From the IMG/VR virus record IMGVR_UViG_3300043787_000133, positions 3,667-67,666 of that record: a stretch of 64,000 bases of DNA; one strand, 5' to 3'. Below the pieces are notes generated by a model. It did not search any database. It had not been told where the DNA came from and saw nothing but the letters and a program-made list of their open reading frames with translations. Of this stretch, positions 17,069 to 26,278 are shown one piece after another (the stretch's first letter is position 1; each line of letters starts with the position of its first letter). The stretch comes from a virus. The position numbers and the translations under genes were made by a program.

Positions 17069-17209
17069 CAGCTCCAGCAGGACGGTGTTCCACCCCCACC
17101 AGCTCTGGTGCCAGGGCCAGAAGAAGCGCGTCACGACCGGGAACGCCAGCGACACCCAGAAAGCGACGTTTATCTCAACGTGAGCAATGTCTAGCAGAGC
17201 GTAGTTCAT
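16886..17209 (-). CDS. putative holin-like membrane protein
   Basis: three hydrophobic helices, WHQSWWG loop, basic C-tail. Confidence 0.65.
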   Translation of the reverse strand: MNYALLDIAHVEINVAFWVSLAFPVVTRFFWPWHQSWWGWNTVLLELSIAGTLFPSWLFLTFHVTDSGLEWSQIVFLALVTLNVVWRTLMIWRTQRQGRVRDEEVSG

Positions 17210-17406
17210 GACGGGCGTTCCTGTGGGCCGCGCTGGATAAGCATCGTGATGGCCTCCGCTACGTGGTTCTTCTCGCGCAGCTCGCGCAAGGGGAGGATTA
17301 CGTGCTCGCGCGCATCTGCCAGCCTGCGCTCCGCCGTCTCCCGCTGCTCGCGGGCCTCGGCGAGGTCACGGCCGGCCTCTGCTCTCCAGTGCCACGGAAG
17401 CCGCAT
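17206..17406 (-). CDS. small coiled-coil protein of actinophage lysis-type cassette
   Basis: LRELREKNHVAE motif; coupled between two membrane genes. Confidence 0.65.
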   Translation of the reverse strand: MRLPWHWRAEAGRDLAEAREQRETAERRLADAREHVILPLRELREKNHVAEAITMLIQRGPQERPS

Positions 17407-17407
17407 C

Positions 17408-17668
17408 TCACTCCAGCTCCTTGACCTTCTTGTCTTCGACGGCGGCGTCGTGAAGGGCCTTGAAGACGTCCCTTGCAGCCTGCCCGGCCAGCACTCCGGC
17501 ATCCGCACGCGCGCCGTTGAGTTCGGCAGCCCGCTTCCACTCATCGCGCTCTGCCTTCATCTCGTCGAGCCTGCTCTTGGGCACAAGGACCTCAGTGACG
17601 AGGAGCGCGATGAACACGATGATCGCGCCGCCGTTTTCGAGCAGCGTGATGACGTCACCCGTGTTCAC
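17408..17668 (-). CDS. membrane protein, single TM plus coiled coil
   Basis: GGAIIVFIALLV...LVP...ERDEWK. Confidence 0.7.
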   Translation of the reverse strand: MNTGDVITLLENGGAIIVFIALLVTEVLVPKSRLDEMKAERDEWKRAAELNGARADAGVLAGQAARDVFKALHDAAVEDKKVKELE

Positions 17669-17912
17669 TCGCCCTTCCCCCGTTCCATCGCTCCCGGAAA
17701 GCCACGGCATCCATCCCGCTGCTTCCGGGGTCAACCCAGACTCCTGCGTCACCCCACGCAACAGCGGGCACAGCCGCTCCCGCGCACGCGGTGACCCGGG
17801 CGAGCATCTGCGCCGTCGTCTTCCCCAGCGCTTCGAGGAAGACCCCACGGCCGCCGAACGGGTCGGCCCGGACCATCTCCTCCCGGGAGACTGCCTGCAT
17901 CAGGTAGCTCAT
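17655..17912 (-). CDS. hypothetical protein
   Basis: ATGA-coupled to the large gene; 3' part doubtful. Confidence 0.35.
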   Translation of the reverse strand: MSYLMQAVSREEMVRADPFGGRGVFLEALGKTTAQMLARVTACAGAAVPAVAWGDAGVWVDPGSSGMDAVAFRERWNGGRASEHG

Positions 17913-20900
17913 GCGAAGATCACGTCATCGTCGTAGTCGTCGAGGGAAAGGCCGCGCTTGGCCATCTCCTCGTCTTCATCCTGGTAGTGCGTTCCCTCCA
18001 GGCGGAGCAGGTCCAGGTTCCTCGCCCGGTGCCCGGCGCCCTCCCGGATCAGCTCGTCGGCCTCGGCCTTCGGCAGCACCTCGGCGGTCTTCGCCAGGTA
18101 CTGCCGGGCGGCCACCGCGATGTCCCCGTCGGCCTTCCCCGGTGTCCCGCCCTCGTACCCACGGGCGGCGGCCGACCGCTGGAAGGACGCCACGATGTCC
18201 TCGATGCCGCCCTGCGGCTGCCCGGCGGGGACGTCCACCTCGTCGGAGTCCGCCCCGCCTCCCGACCACTGCTGGTTGCCGACCGTCTGGATCGAGGTGT
18301 CGTCGGGGCTCAGGTAGTCGTCCGTCGCGCCCAGGCCGGGACTCTGGCCCACGGGGGACGGCTGCTGCGCCTGCGGGGAGGTCTCCCGGCCCAGGTCGCC
18401 CATGGGCGTGCCGCCGAACTTCTGCCGGAAGCTGGCACGTACCGCCGCGCCGAACTCGCCCAGCGCCGCCTCGTCGAGCGGCGCGCCCTGCCCCTGGCCC
18501 GTTCCGGCGTCCGTGCCGCCGATCGTGCCGTCGGCCGCGCCGCTGGCACGGAGCGTGCCGGGTCCCGGCTCGTCGGCGGTCACCTCGGGGAGTGCTGGCT
18601 CGGGGCCGTCTTTCAGCTCCGCCAGCGCGCCGTCGAGCTGCGGCACGGTGTCGTGGTACGGGAACGGCGTGCCGGAGGCCAGCGCGCCGAACACCGGGTC
18701 GATCGGCCCCTCGTGCGCGTGGTAGCGGGCCTCGTCCATCGGCTCCAGCTCGTCCTCGGCGTGCAGGTGGATCTGGTTGTGCTCGTGGTTCAGCTCTTCC
18801 AGCGTCATCCCCATGGCCCGGCGCTCGTCGTCCCGGCTCCAGCCGTCCCCCGCGTGCTCGAACGACAGGTGGGCCTCCAGCCAGTCGCGCGACGGCGGCC
18901 CCTGCCGGTAGGGCGACGGCCAGGGGTGGCGCGGGTCCCGGGCCGACTCCTCCATGCGGATGCCGTTCGGGTCGCGGGGCGTGATCGCCGTCGAGGGTCC
19001 TGCGGCGTTCGCCCGGTCGGTGTAGCGGAACGGGTCCTGGTCCTCCGGGGCCTGGTCCTTCGCCTGCCAGCCGTTCATGTCCGGCCAGTGCAGGTCTCCC
19101 GGCACCGGGTGCGGCGCGCCCGGCACGAGGACCTGGTGCGCCGACGCAGTGTTCCCGATCGGCATCTGGTACGCGCTGTCCTCCTGGATGCCGCCCCAGT
19201 TCTCCGGGTCGGGCGCTGCCAGCGGCCCGTACGACCCGGGGTCCTGGTCCTTGTTCGGCGGGGAGGTGGCACCGTAGGGTTTCTGCGGCGGGTGCTGGGT
19301 GACGTTGTTGGAGCCCCACGGCGCGTTCGCCTGGTCGGCGACGGCACGCATCCCGGCCAGCAGGCACAGTGCGCCGACCGTGCCAGGCTCTTCCCCGGCA
19401 CGGAGCAGGGCGGTGGCGGCACGTGCCGCTGGCACGGCGGCACGCTCCCACTCGTCTCTTTCCTCCGGGGTCCAGTTCCAGTCGCGTGCCTCGTCCGGCG
19501 TGGCGTGCCGCCGTGCCAGCGGAGCGCGCCACTCCTCGCGCCAGCGCCCCGCGTGCGGCTCGCCCTCGTACGGCGGCCAGGACTTCACGACGACGCTCGG
19601 CGGCGACCAGGCGGAGACGCCGGTGTCCGGCTCGACGTAACGGCCGAACATCCCGCGCGCCTGGGCCTCGAACTGGAGGGCCATCACGTGGGAGCAGGGC
19701 CGGCCGGCGTAGCGGGTGCCGTGGCTCTTGTCCTGGTGGAAGCTCGCCCACGGGCAGCCGCACGCCCAGTGCTGGATGGTGAGCCGCTTGCCGACGGGCC
19801 GCTGGATGCCCGACTCGTAGGTGTCGTGGTCCCCCCGCACCTCGCCGATCACCATGCCCGCCGAGGCGTGCACGATCCGGACGTGGCCCTCGGCCCTGAT
19901 CCGCTTCGCCTTGGCCACCACGTCGTTCCACGCGGCGGTGAACTCGAAGCGGAACGAGGCGTCCCCGGCGGCCCGGGTGAACGCGGCCAGGTGGGCTCTG
20001 CGCTTCACCTTCCCGTCGTTCTTCCCCTGGGTCATCGCCCGGCTGGTCTCGGTGACGGCCGCCCCGGCGGCCGGCCACTGGTCAGGCTGGCTGGCGGGGG
20101 CGTCCGCGTCGGCCCCGACCGGACCGGCATCCAGGGAGTGGGCGTCCTCGTCGTGCTCGCCCTCCAGGCCGAGGGAGGAGATCGCGTCATCGACGTCGCC
20201 CTGGAACTGCTCGACCTCCCCGGGCGGGGCGTCCGGCCCGGTGGTGCGCTTCGTGCTGTCCTTCGACGTGGCCCGGAACTGCCTGTCGTGCATGGTGTCC
20301 CAGGGACCATCCTCGTCGTCCACCCGCGCGGTGAACGCCCACACCCCGGGCTCGCCCTCGCCGCTCGCGGCGGCCAGGAGCTGCACCAGGGACCGGTGGT
20401 GCCCGTCGCCGATGAACGGCTGCTTGCCCCCGGCGGAGACAATCAGGGCGGCCTTGAGGTGCTCGCCCTCCGAGGTCTTCTTCGCCAGGTGGTCCATGAA
20501 CTTCCCGCACTTGCGGGGCTGCTTGTAGGAGGTCCAGGTGTGCCGGTCCGACCAGTCGATGTCCTCCAGCGGCACCAGGTGCGGGCCGGTGACCCGGGCG
20601 GTCCTGATCCAGTCCAGTGCCTCGGGCGGGTAGTCGTCCTCCAGCTCGGCCAGCAGCGCGTTGCGCGCGTCCAGGCTGGACATCATCCGCCGGAACCGCG
20701 CCGGGTCGAACTGCCGGTAATACTCGTGGGGCCTCGGCGGCTCGGCCATCTCCGAGGAGAAGATCGCGGTGGCCGGGTCGTTCTTGCTCGAACCGCCCAG
20801 CTCGGACCTGGTCAGTGGCATCTGCTGCGGGGTGCGGCGCGGGTAGGCCGGGCCGAACATGTTGGTCACCGAGGAGTCCCGGGCCTCGTCACGGGCGTCC

Positions 20901-22102
20901 TCGGGTCCTCCGGCGTGCCGGTGGTCGGGCAGGCCGAGCTGGTGCAGTGCCTCGTGCACGTCCCGGAAGCGGCCCGCCTGGCGGGCCTGCTCGATCCGGG
21001 CGTCGTCCCACCCGTGCCGGTGGCGCAGGTGCTCCTCCCACTGCCGGTCGCTGGCCCCTTCGACCGCGCCGATGCCCTCGCCCTCGTCCTCGTGGCTAAC
21101 GTGCTCGCCCGGCTTCAGCGCCGGGAACTCCGACGACGGCACGAAATCGCCCCAGGTGGCGGTGGGCTCCTCCTGCCAGCGGTGGAGCTGGCCGCGCTCC
21201 TTGCCGGTCCAGGGCACCCGGGCTTCCCGGCGCAGGCCGGTGAACTCGTGGTAGCCGCCGACCTCGTGCTCGTCCCAGTAGGGGTTGAACTCGTAGTCCT
21301 CCCCGTGAGAGTGCCCAGGCTGGCCGTAAGCGTGGGCTGCCGCGTGCCGTCCTGCCAGGCTCTTCGCCCAGAATTCGTTGTATCCCCCGGTGGAGTCGGG
21401 CTCCCCGTGGTCTCCCTTCATGTGCCGACGCAGGTCATCGAACTCCTCCCGCGTCATGGCGGCGGTGAACGGGCCGACGGAGATCCCCGGGCCGCTGCCG
21501 CTGGAGATCCCCTCGGGGTACATGCCGACGGTGGCGGCGTTCTCGTCGGTCTTGCTCCCCCACGGCAGCGGGTCGTCCCACTTGTCGTCGCCCTCGCCCT
21601 CGTGGGAGGCGTCGTCGTAGGCGTCGGGGTCCTCCGCCCGGGGAACAGTGCCGTGCTGCGGCGCGTCCCCGGCGTCATCGACCTGGGTGCCGTTGATCGT
21701 GGTGGCGTGGTGGCGCAGCCCGAAGAACGCCTGGGCCTCCTCGATCGCGGCCAGCCGCGCCATGGCGGGCGGCAGCATGTCCGGGTCGTAGAGGGGCGGC
21801 GGGGCCTCTTCCTGCGGGCCTGCGTTCTCGTGCATCCAGCCCTGCTCGGCGGGCTCGGCCCAGTAGGTTCCGGTAGCGCCCTCCCCGCCGTTGTAGTCCT
21901 CGTCGCGCTCGTCGTGCCCTTGCGCGTAGGCCTCGCCCTCGCGGCGCATGCCGATGACCGTGATCTGCCGCCCCGGGTCGGGGCGCTCGGTCAGGACGCT
22001 GCCCAGCTCGGGGTAGTCGAGCGCAGCCGTCCGCTGGTCCTGCCCTTCGTCCGGCTCCTCGTCGTGAGCCTGGGACAGCCTGGTCGAGTGCCTCCGCATC
22101 AT
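17909..22102 (-). CDS. giant modular virion/internal protein with ParB-like and SWIM zinc-finger domains
   Basis: GDGHHR ParB-like motif; CGCPW...PCSH SWIM; C-terminal ELIREG..RARNLD.L.LEGTHY; RBS GAGGAGG. Confidence 0.75.
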   Translation of the reverse strand: MMRRHSTRLSQAHDEEPDEGQDQRTAALDYPELGSVLTERPDPGRQITVIGMRREGEAYAQGHDERDEDYNGGEGATGTYWAEPAEQGWMHENAGPQEEAPPPLYDPDMLPPAMARLAAIEEAQAFFGLRHHATTINGTQVDDAGDAPQHGTVPRAEDPDAYDDASHEGEGDDKWDDPLPWGSKTDENAATVGMYPEGISSGSGPGISVGPFTAAMTREEFDDLRRHMKGDHGEPDSTGGYNEFWAKSLAGRHAAAHAYGQPGHSHGEDYEFNPYWDEHEVGGYHEFTGLRREARVPWTGKERGQLHRWQEEPTATWGDFVPSSEFPALKPGEHVSHEDEGEGIGAVEGASDRQWEEHLRHRHGWDDARIEQARQAGRFRDVHEALHQLGLPDHRHAGGPEDARDEARDSSVTNMFGPAYPRRTPQQMPLTRSELGGSSKNDPATAIFSSEMAEPPRPHEYYRQFDPARFRRMMSSLDARNALLAELEDDYPPEALDWIRTARVTGPHLVPLEDIDWSDRHTWTSYKQPRKCGKFMDHLAKKTSEGEHLKAALIVSAGGKQPFIGDGHHRSLVQLLAAASGEGEPGVWAFTARVDDEDGPWDTMHDRQFRATSKDSTKRTTGPDAPPGEVEQFQGDVDDAISSLGLEGEHDEDAHSLDAGPVGADADAPASQPDQWPAAGAAVTETSRAMTQGKNDGKVKRRAHLAAFTRAAGDASFRFEFTAAWNDVVAKAKRIRAEGHVRIVHASAGMVIGEVRGDHDTYESGIQRPVGKRLTIQHWACGCPWASFHQDKSHGTRYAGRPCSHVMALQFEAQARGMFGRYVEPDTGVSAWSPPSVVVKSWPPYEGEPHAGRWREEWRAPLARRHATPDEARDWNWTPEERDEWERAAVPAARAATALLRAGEEPGTVGALCLLAGMRAVADQANAPWGSNNVTQHPPQKPYGATSPPNKDQDPGSYGPLAAPDPENWGGIQEDSAYQMPIGNTASAHQVLVPGAPHPVPGDLHWPDMNGWQAKDQAPEDQDPFRYTDRANAAGPSTAITPRDPNGIRMEESARDPRHPWPSPYRQGPPSRDWLEAHLSFEHAGDGWSRDDERRAMGMTLEELNHEHNQIHLHAEDELEPMDEARYHAHEGPIDPVFGALASGTPFPYHDTVPQLDGALAELKDGPEPALPEVTADEPGPGTLRASGAADGTIGGTDAGTGQGQGAPLDEAALGEFGAAVRASFRQKFGGTPMGDLGRETSPQAQQPSPVGQSPGLGATDDYLSPDDTSIQTVGNQQWSGGGADSDEVDVPAGQPQGGIEDIVASFQRSAAARGYEGGTPGKADGDIAVAARQYLAKTAEVLPKAEADELIREGAGHRARNLDLLRLEGTHYQDEDEEMAKRGLSLDDYDDDVIFA

Positions 22103-22154
22103 GCCGCCTCCTCACCCCTTCCCTGGTCGCCCGGACGCGGAAAACGTTGAGGAA

Positions 22155-22171
22155 TACAGCCTTTCTTGATA
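22155..22171 (+). promoter_or_regulatory. 17-bp phage motif in promoter TTGAGG-17-TATTGT
   Basis: TACAGCCTTTCTTGATA; ATG 6 nt after -10. Confidence 0.85.
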
Positions 22172-22181
22172 TTGTCCTTTC

Positions 22182-22481
22182 ATGAGAAACGCCATAGACA
22201 TCAACGAGTACATTCACGACGGGGCACCCGGGGCCATCGCGCTGGCCACCGCGTTCATGGAGGCGTCCACGCGCTCCATGACCGGGGGCGTCACCTACGT
22301 CTACAGCGACGGCGACATCATTGCCGCCATCAGCCCGCCTGAGGCCGCCGAGCGCTACGAGCACCAGGGCGAGGTGGAGGTCCAGGTGCGCCAGCACCAG
22401 GAAAACGTCCCCGTCCTGGTCAGGACCGAGCGCCCGAGGCTCCGCCGCAGGTGGCTAGGGCCGTTCGAGGGAGTCTTCTGA
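22182..22481 (+). CDS. hypothetical protein (leaderless)
   Basis: ORF directly after motif promoter. Confidence 0.7.
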   Translation: MRNAIDINEYIHDGAPGAIALATAFMEASTRSMTGGVTYVYSDGDIIAAISPPEAAERYEHQGEVEVQVRQHQENVPVLVRTERPRLRRRWLGPFEGVF

Positions 22482-22700
22482 GTGGAGCTGACGTCGGCCA
22501 GGGCCTACGACCTGGCGATGCACCTGGTGGGACGGCACAAGAACTCGGCCGCCGTGCACAGTACAGCGGCCGACAACTTCAATGCCCATCACCATGATCA
22601 CACCGGGCCGGGAGGCGTCAGGAACCATCCCTACTACGACTACTCCTATGGCGAGGCCGAGGTAGAGGAAGTGCTGGAAGAAGCAGAGGAGGCTGAGTAA
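22482..22700 (+). CDS. small His-rich protein
   Basis: HLVGRH...HHHDH...H; abutting genes. Confidence 0.65.
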   Translation: MELTSARAYDLAMHLVGRHKNSAAVHSTAADNFNAHHHDHTGPGGVRNHPYYDYSYGEAEVEEVLEEAEEAE

Positions 22701-23579
22701 ATGCTGCTAGCCATCGGCCTGGTCGCCGCCGCGCTGCTGCTCGCCTGGGGAGGCGTGGAGGTCAACGACCTCTACCACGCCCACCAGGGGCAGTTCTGGT
22801 TCTCGGCGATCGCCTTCCTGGTGCTGTCGTTCGCCCTGGCGGCGGTCAGGGTGCGCAGGTCCAACGAGCGCGTCCCGCTGCGGCCGGCCGTGCCTCCCGC
22901 GCTCCCGCCTGCGGTCAGGGCGACGGCGGAGCTGCCCGCCGCGCCGACCCTGCGCGCCATCGCCTCTCCCCATGCTGCGGACGCAGCCGGCTGCGAGGGT
23001 CCCGGCTGCCTGAACAAGGTGGACGAGGACCCGTGGACCGCCTGCGTGGAGGGGGACGAGGCCGGCCATGTGTTCTGCTCGCAGTCCTGCGCGCAGCGGT
23101 GGAGGGACCGCAGGCCGGCCTCGTCCCTGTTAGGAACCGTAGGTGGGGGCGTAGGCGTTCCCGTGGGCCAGCAGGATGCCGCTGTTGGTCACTCCGGTCG
23201 GGAACCCGGACCCGGCCGAGCCGCCGCCTCCGGCACCGTGGTAGATCCCGGTGGTGTAACCCCAGGCGAGCCCGTTGGCGAAGAGCATCGGGGTGGTGTA
23301 GCTCGACTGGGTGAAGTAGATCCCGTAGTTGGGGCTCATGGTCCCGCTGCCGCCGTCCCCGATGTCGGGGCTGATCCCGAACCCGTTGACGATCAGGGGC
23401 AGGGTGGTCGCCCCGACGCCGATCCCCGCGTAGGTGCCGCTGCCGGGGGCGGTGCCCTGGCCGTCGCGGCGGCAGTGGAGCCCGTCTACGAGGATGGTGC
23501 AGGGGCCGGTGCCCGCCCCGCCGCCCGTAGTCCAGGTGGCGTCGATGTAGAAGCCGTACTCGGTGTTCGCGTCAGTTGA
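22701..23579 (+). CDS. membrane protein with CxxxxC...FCSxxC zinc finger (3' end uncertain)
   Basis: two TM segments; ORF runs 450 bp into the convergent gene. Confidence 0.5.
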   Translation: MLLAIGLVAAALLLAWGGVEVNDLYHAHQGQFWFSAIAFLVLSFALAAVRVRRSNERVPLRPAVPPALPPAVRATAELPAAPTLRAIASPHAADAAGCEGPGCLNKVDEDPWTACVEGDEAGHVFCSQSCAQRWRDRRPASSLLGTVGGGVGVPVGQQDAAVGHSGREPGPGRAAASGTVVDPGGVTPGEPVGEEHRGGVARLGEVDPVVGAHGPAAAVPDVGADPEPVDDQGQGGRPDADPRVGAAAGGGALAVAAAVEPVYEDGAGAGARPAARSPGGVDVEAVLGVRVS

Positions 23580-24467
23580 GCAGCCGGTGAACTGGCATCC
23601 GCCAGTGAACCACTGCCAGTCCCCGGTGATGTAGTAGCCGTACGTGGAGTTCCACTCAGCGTTACATCCTACGAACTTAGTGTTGTCGCACCCGCTGATG
23701 TAGAAGCCGGGGCCGTTGCCGTTGCCGATCGAGTAGAGCCCGATGAAAACGCTGTCCTCGCACCCGTTGAGCTGGAAGCCGCCGCCCGATACGACCCCGC
23801 AGCTGTCGGCGAGGACGTTGTACCAGGTCTGCCCGTTGGGGAACTGCTCAGCAGCGCTCGTGTCCTCGGCGGTCGCTACCGCCCAGCCGGACATCTGCGC
23901 GATGGTGATGTCCCGCAGCAGCGTCTGGGCCGGCCCGGTGAACAGCATCCCGGCGACCGCGCTGGACGTCTGGGAGGACCCGTCGATGAGGATGTCGCTG
24001 ACCTGCGCGCCGTTGGCCGGGGTGTGGTTCGAGTTGTCGTTGAAGCCCAGGACGTACGTCCCGCTGAACGCGGGGTCCACCTTGAACTGGGTGCCCGTGA
24101 ACTGATCGGTTACGTCGCCGCCCACTGACCCGGAGCCCCGCAGCACCAGGTTCCAGGGCAGTACCTGGGGCGCGGTGACCTTGAACGTCCCCGGCGGGAC
24201 AGTCAGCCCCACGGTGGCCGGCTGCGCCGAGACGGCGGCGGAGCACGCGGACGCGAACGGCGATGCGATCGTGGTGGTCCCGGTCGGGTCCGCCCCGAAG
24301 TCGCGCACGAGGTCCTGCCATCCCGTGACCACCTTGCCGACCGAGGAGATCGTCACCCTCTTGTCGGTGCCCGTCGAGGCCATCGTGTGGTCGGCGGTGT
24401 CCAGCTCCAGCAGCAGCTTGCTCGGCGTCGGGCTGGAGTCCAGGGTGAACCCGCTGATTTCAGTCAC
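23130..24467 (-). CDS. beta-helix (pectin-lyase-like) tailspike/fibre protein
   Basis: VRDFGADPTG, VPPGTF, repeated G-rich beta-helix rungs. Confidence 0.8.
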   Translation of the reverse strand: MTEISGFTLDSSPTPSKLLLELDTADHTMASTGTDKRVTISSVGKVVTGWQDLVRDFGADPTGTTTIASPFASACSAAVSAQPATVGLTVPPGTFKVTAPQVLPWNLVLRGSGSVGGDVTDQFTGTQFKVDPAFSGTYVLGFNDNSNHTPANGAQVSDILIDGSSQTSSAVAGMLFTGPAQTLLRDITIAQMSGWAVATAEDTSAAEQFPNGQTWYNVLADSCGVVSGGGFQLNGCEDSVFIGLYSIGNGNGPGFYISGCDNTKFVGCNAEWNSTYGYYITGDWQWFTGGCQFTGCSTDANTEYGFYIDATWTTGGGAGTGPCTILVDGLHCRRDGQGTAPGSGTYAGIGVGATTLPLIVNGFGISPDIGDGGSGTMSPNYGIYFTQSSYTTPMLFANGLAWGYTTGIYHGAGGGGSAGSGFPTGVTNSGILLAHGNAYAPTYGS

Positions 24468-24497
24468 AGTGCCTCCCTCGCCTTCCGGGTTCCGGTC

Positions 24498-26240
24498 CTA
24501 CGGGGCTGACAACGGGAGAATCTCGATATAGGCGCCCAGGTTGACGCTGAACGTGTCCGCCGTGGCGCTGGTGTAGGCGCTCAGGCCGAGCGTCCCGGCC
24601 GAGCTGAACACGATCACGCCGTCTCCCACGAGAGCGAGCGTGGTAGCGGTGGACAGCGTCGGCCCGAGCATCGTCGGCGCGGATGCCGCTATCCCCGCAT
24701 TGGTGGTGCCGCCCGTCCGGAACGGGGTCGCATTCGTCTGGTAGTACCAGTTGAACGACGCGAGCCCGGATGCCCAGGCAGGCCCGGTGAACAGGAATGT
24801 CGGGGTCCCCGCCGTCTTCGTTGACGAGTAGGGAATGTAGAGGCGGACGCGGTAGGCGGTGTAGGAAGCAACAGGCACGCTGATGCTTCCCACTGCCGCC
24901 GGGGATGAGCTGACTGCGCTGATGGTCTGGGCGCTGTCGGCGACGTTGGTGCTGCCCTGCGCCAGTGCCGCCGGGAGGGCTGGGTCGCCGAAGATAACCC
25001 CGACGAAACCCGTCCACTGGCCAGCGTTGTTGCTGCTGGTAAAAGCGGCGTCCGCGCCGAAGTCAATGTTCCCGGTGCAGGAGGCGACGTAGTTGTCGGT
25101 GGTGCCGAAGTAGACGGTGTACGGCGCGAAGTCATCGCCTGGGCTGAGTTCGGTGCCGATGTTGATGACGCTGTCGGAGATGTTCGAGATGTCGCTCTGG
25201 GCGGTCCCGGACGGGGTGCTGCCGTTGAGCACCAGCACTGCGGAGGTTACCGTGGTCCCCGATGTGATGAAGTTCCCGTGGACACCCAGGACGCCGTCCT
25301 GGATGAACGCTCCGTTCTGGAGCGTCACGCCGTTCTGGGTGGCCGTCCCCTGGTCTATGTTCAGGTCCAGGTTGCAGCGCATGAAGCTGCCGGTATTGGT
25401 GGTGTTCGCCGCGCTGACGTCGAACAGCACCCCGGTCGTGCAGTTCTCCGCGAAAACACGCCCGTATGCCTGCTCAGTCCAGTAATACCTGTTGTCCAGG
25501 TGCGCGCCCGAGCTGGTCGTCCCGGCCGTGAAGTTCTGAACCCGGAAGTCCAGGGCCATCTCGAAGATGTCGCCTACGTGCAGGGCGGTAGCGTTCCCGG
25601 TGGTGTTCGTCCCGTCGAAGACCCCGAATCCGAGGATGCCGCCGCCGTGGACCGTGCGGTCGAGGAAGACGCTTGAGTCGTGCATGTCGATGCCGTCGCC
25701 GCTGCCGACCATGTAGATCAGGCAGGCCGTGGTGTCGATGTAGACGCCGGACTGGTTGATGACGACCTGGCCGCACTCGATGTACCAGGGGGCCACCGGG
25801 GACAGCCTGATGATGCCCCCGGTGGCGGGCATCGCGGTGACGGCGTTATTGATGGACGTGGCGTCTGTAACGCCGGTCTCGTCGCCTGAGGGCATGAGCA
25901 GCCCGACCTGGAACGCCTGGATGAGCGCCTCGATCGCGGCGGCAGTGACCACGTTCTGGACGCTGAATCCTGAGGAGTGGGCGACAGGGGTAGTGCCATC
26001 CGTGCCGCGCGTCACCGTCCAGGTGGTGCCGGAGACGTTGGTGACGATCATCTTCTCGCTCGACAGGGCCGGGTCGGTGATCCGGAAGAACGTCGGCGGC
26101 GACGCGGTGGAGCTGGCGGCGGGGAAGCCTGAGGACGACGACACCGTCCAGGTCTGCGAGGTGCCGGCCGCCGGGGCGGTGGTACCGCCGCTGCTGACGC
26201 TGGTGGACGCCTGGTTGGCGAACAGCTCAAGGCCGCCCAT
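24498..26240 (-). CDS. beta-helix fibre/tailspike protein
   Basis: N-terminal anchor FANQA...EKMIVT.V.GTTWTV.RG.DGT; PSGD.TG.TD...IN..GG.IRL. Confidence 0.75.
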   Translation of the reverse strand: MGGLELFANQASTSVSSGGTTAPAAGTSQTWTVSSSSGFPAASSTASPPTFFRITDPALSSEKMIVTNVSGTTWTVTRGTDGTTPVAHSSGFSVQNVVTAAAIEALIQAFQVGLLMPSGDETGVTDATSINNAVTAMPATGGIIRLSPVAPWYIECGQVVINQSGVYIDTTACLIYMVGSGDGIDMHDSSVFLDRTVHGGGILGFGVFDGTNTTGNATALHVGDIFEMALDFRVQNFTAGTTSSGAHLDNRYYWTEQAYGRVFAENCTTGVLFDVSAANTTNTGSFMRCNLDLNIDQGTATQNGVTLQNGAFIQDGVLGVHGNFITSGTTVTSAVLVLNGSTPSGTAQSDISNISDSVINIGTELSPGDDFAPYTVYFGTTDNYVASCTGNIDFGADAAFTSSNNAGQWTGFVGVIFGDPALPAALAQGSTNVADSAQTISAVSSSPAAVGSISVPVASYTAYRVRLYIPYSSTKTAGTPTFLFTGPAWASGLASFNWYYQTNATPFRTGGTTNAGIAASAPTMLGPTLSTATTLALVGDGVIVFSSAGTLGLSAYTSATADTFSVNLGAYIEILPLSAP

Positions 26241-26278
26241 GATCCCCTCCGGAGGTAGTGCTCAGGGCTTCCGTGGGC

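Noticed and set aside
17987-22150. 1387-aa plus-strand ORF
   Set aside because: Antisense shadow of 17909-22102
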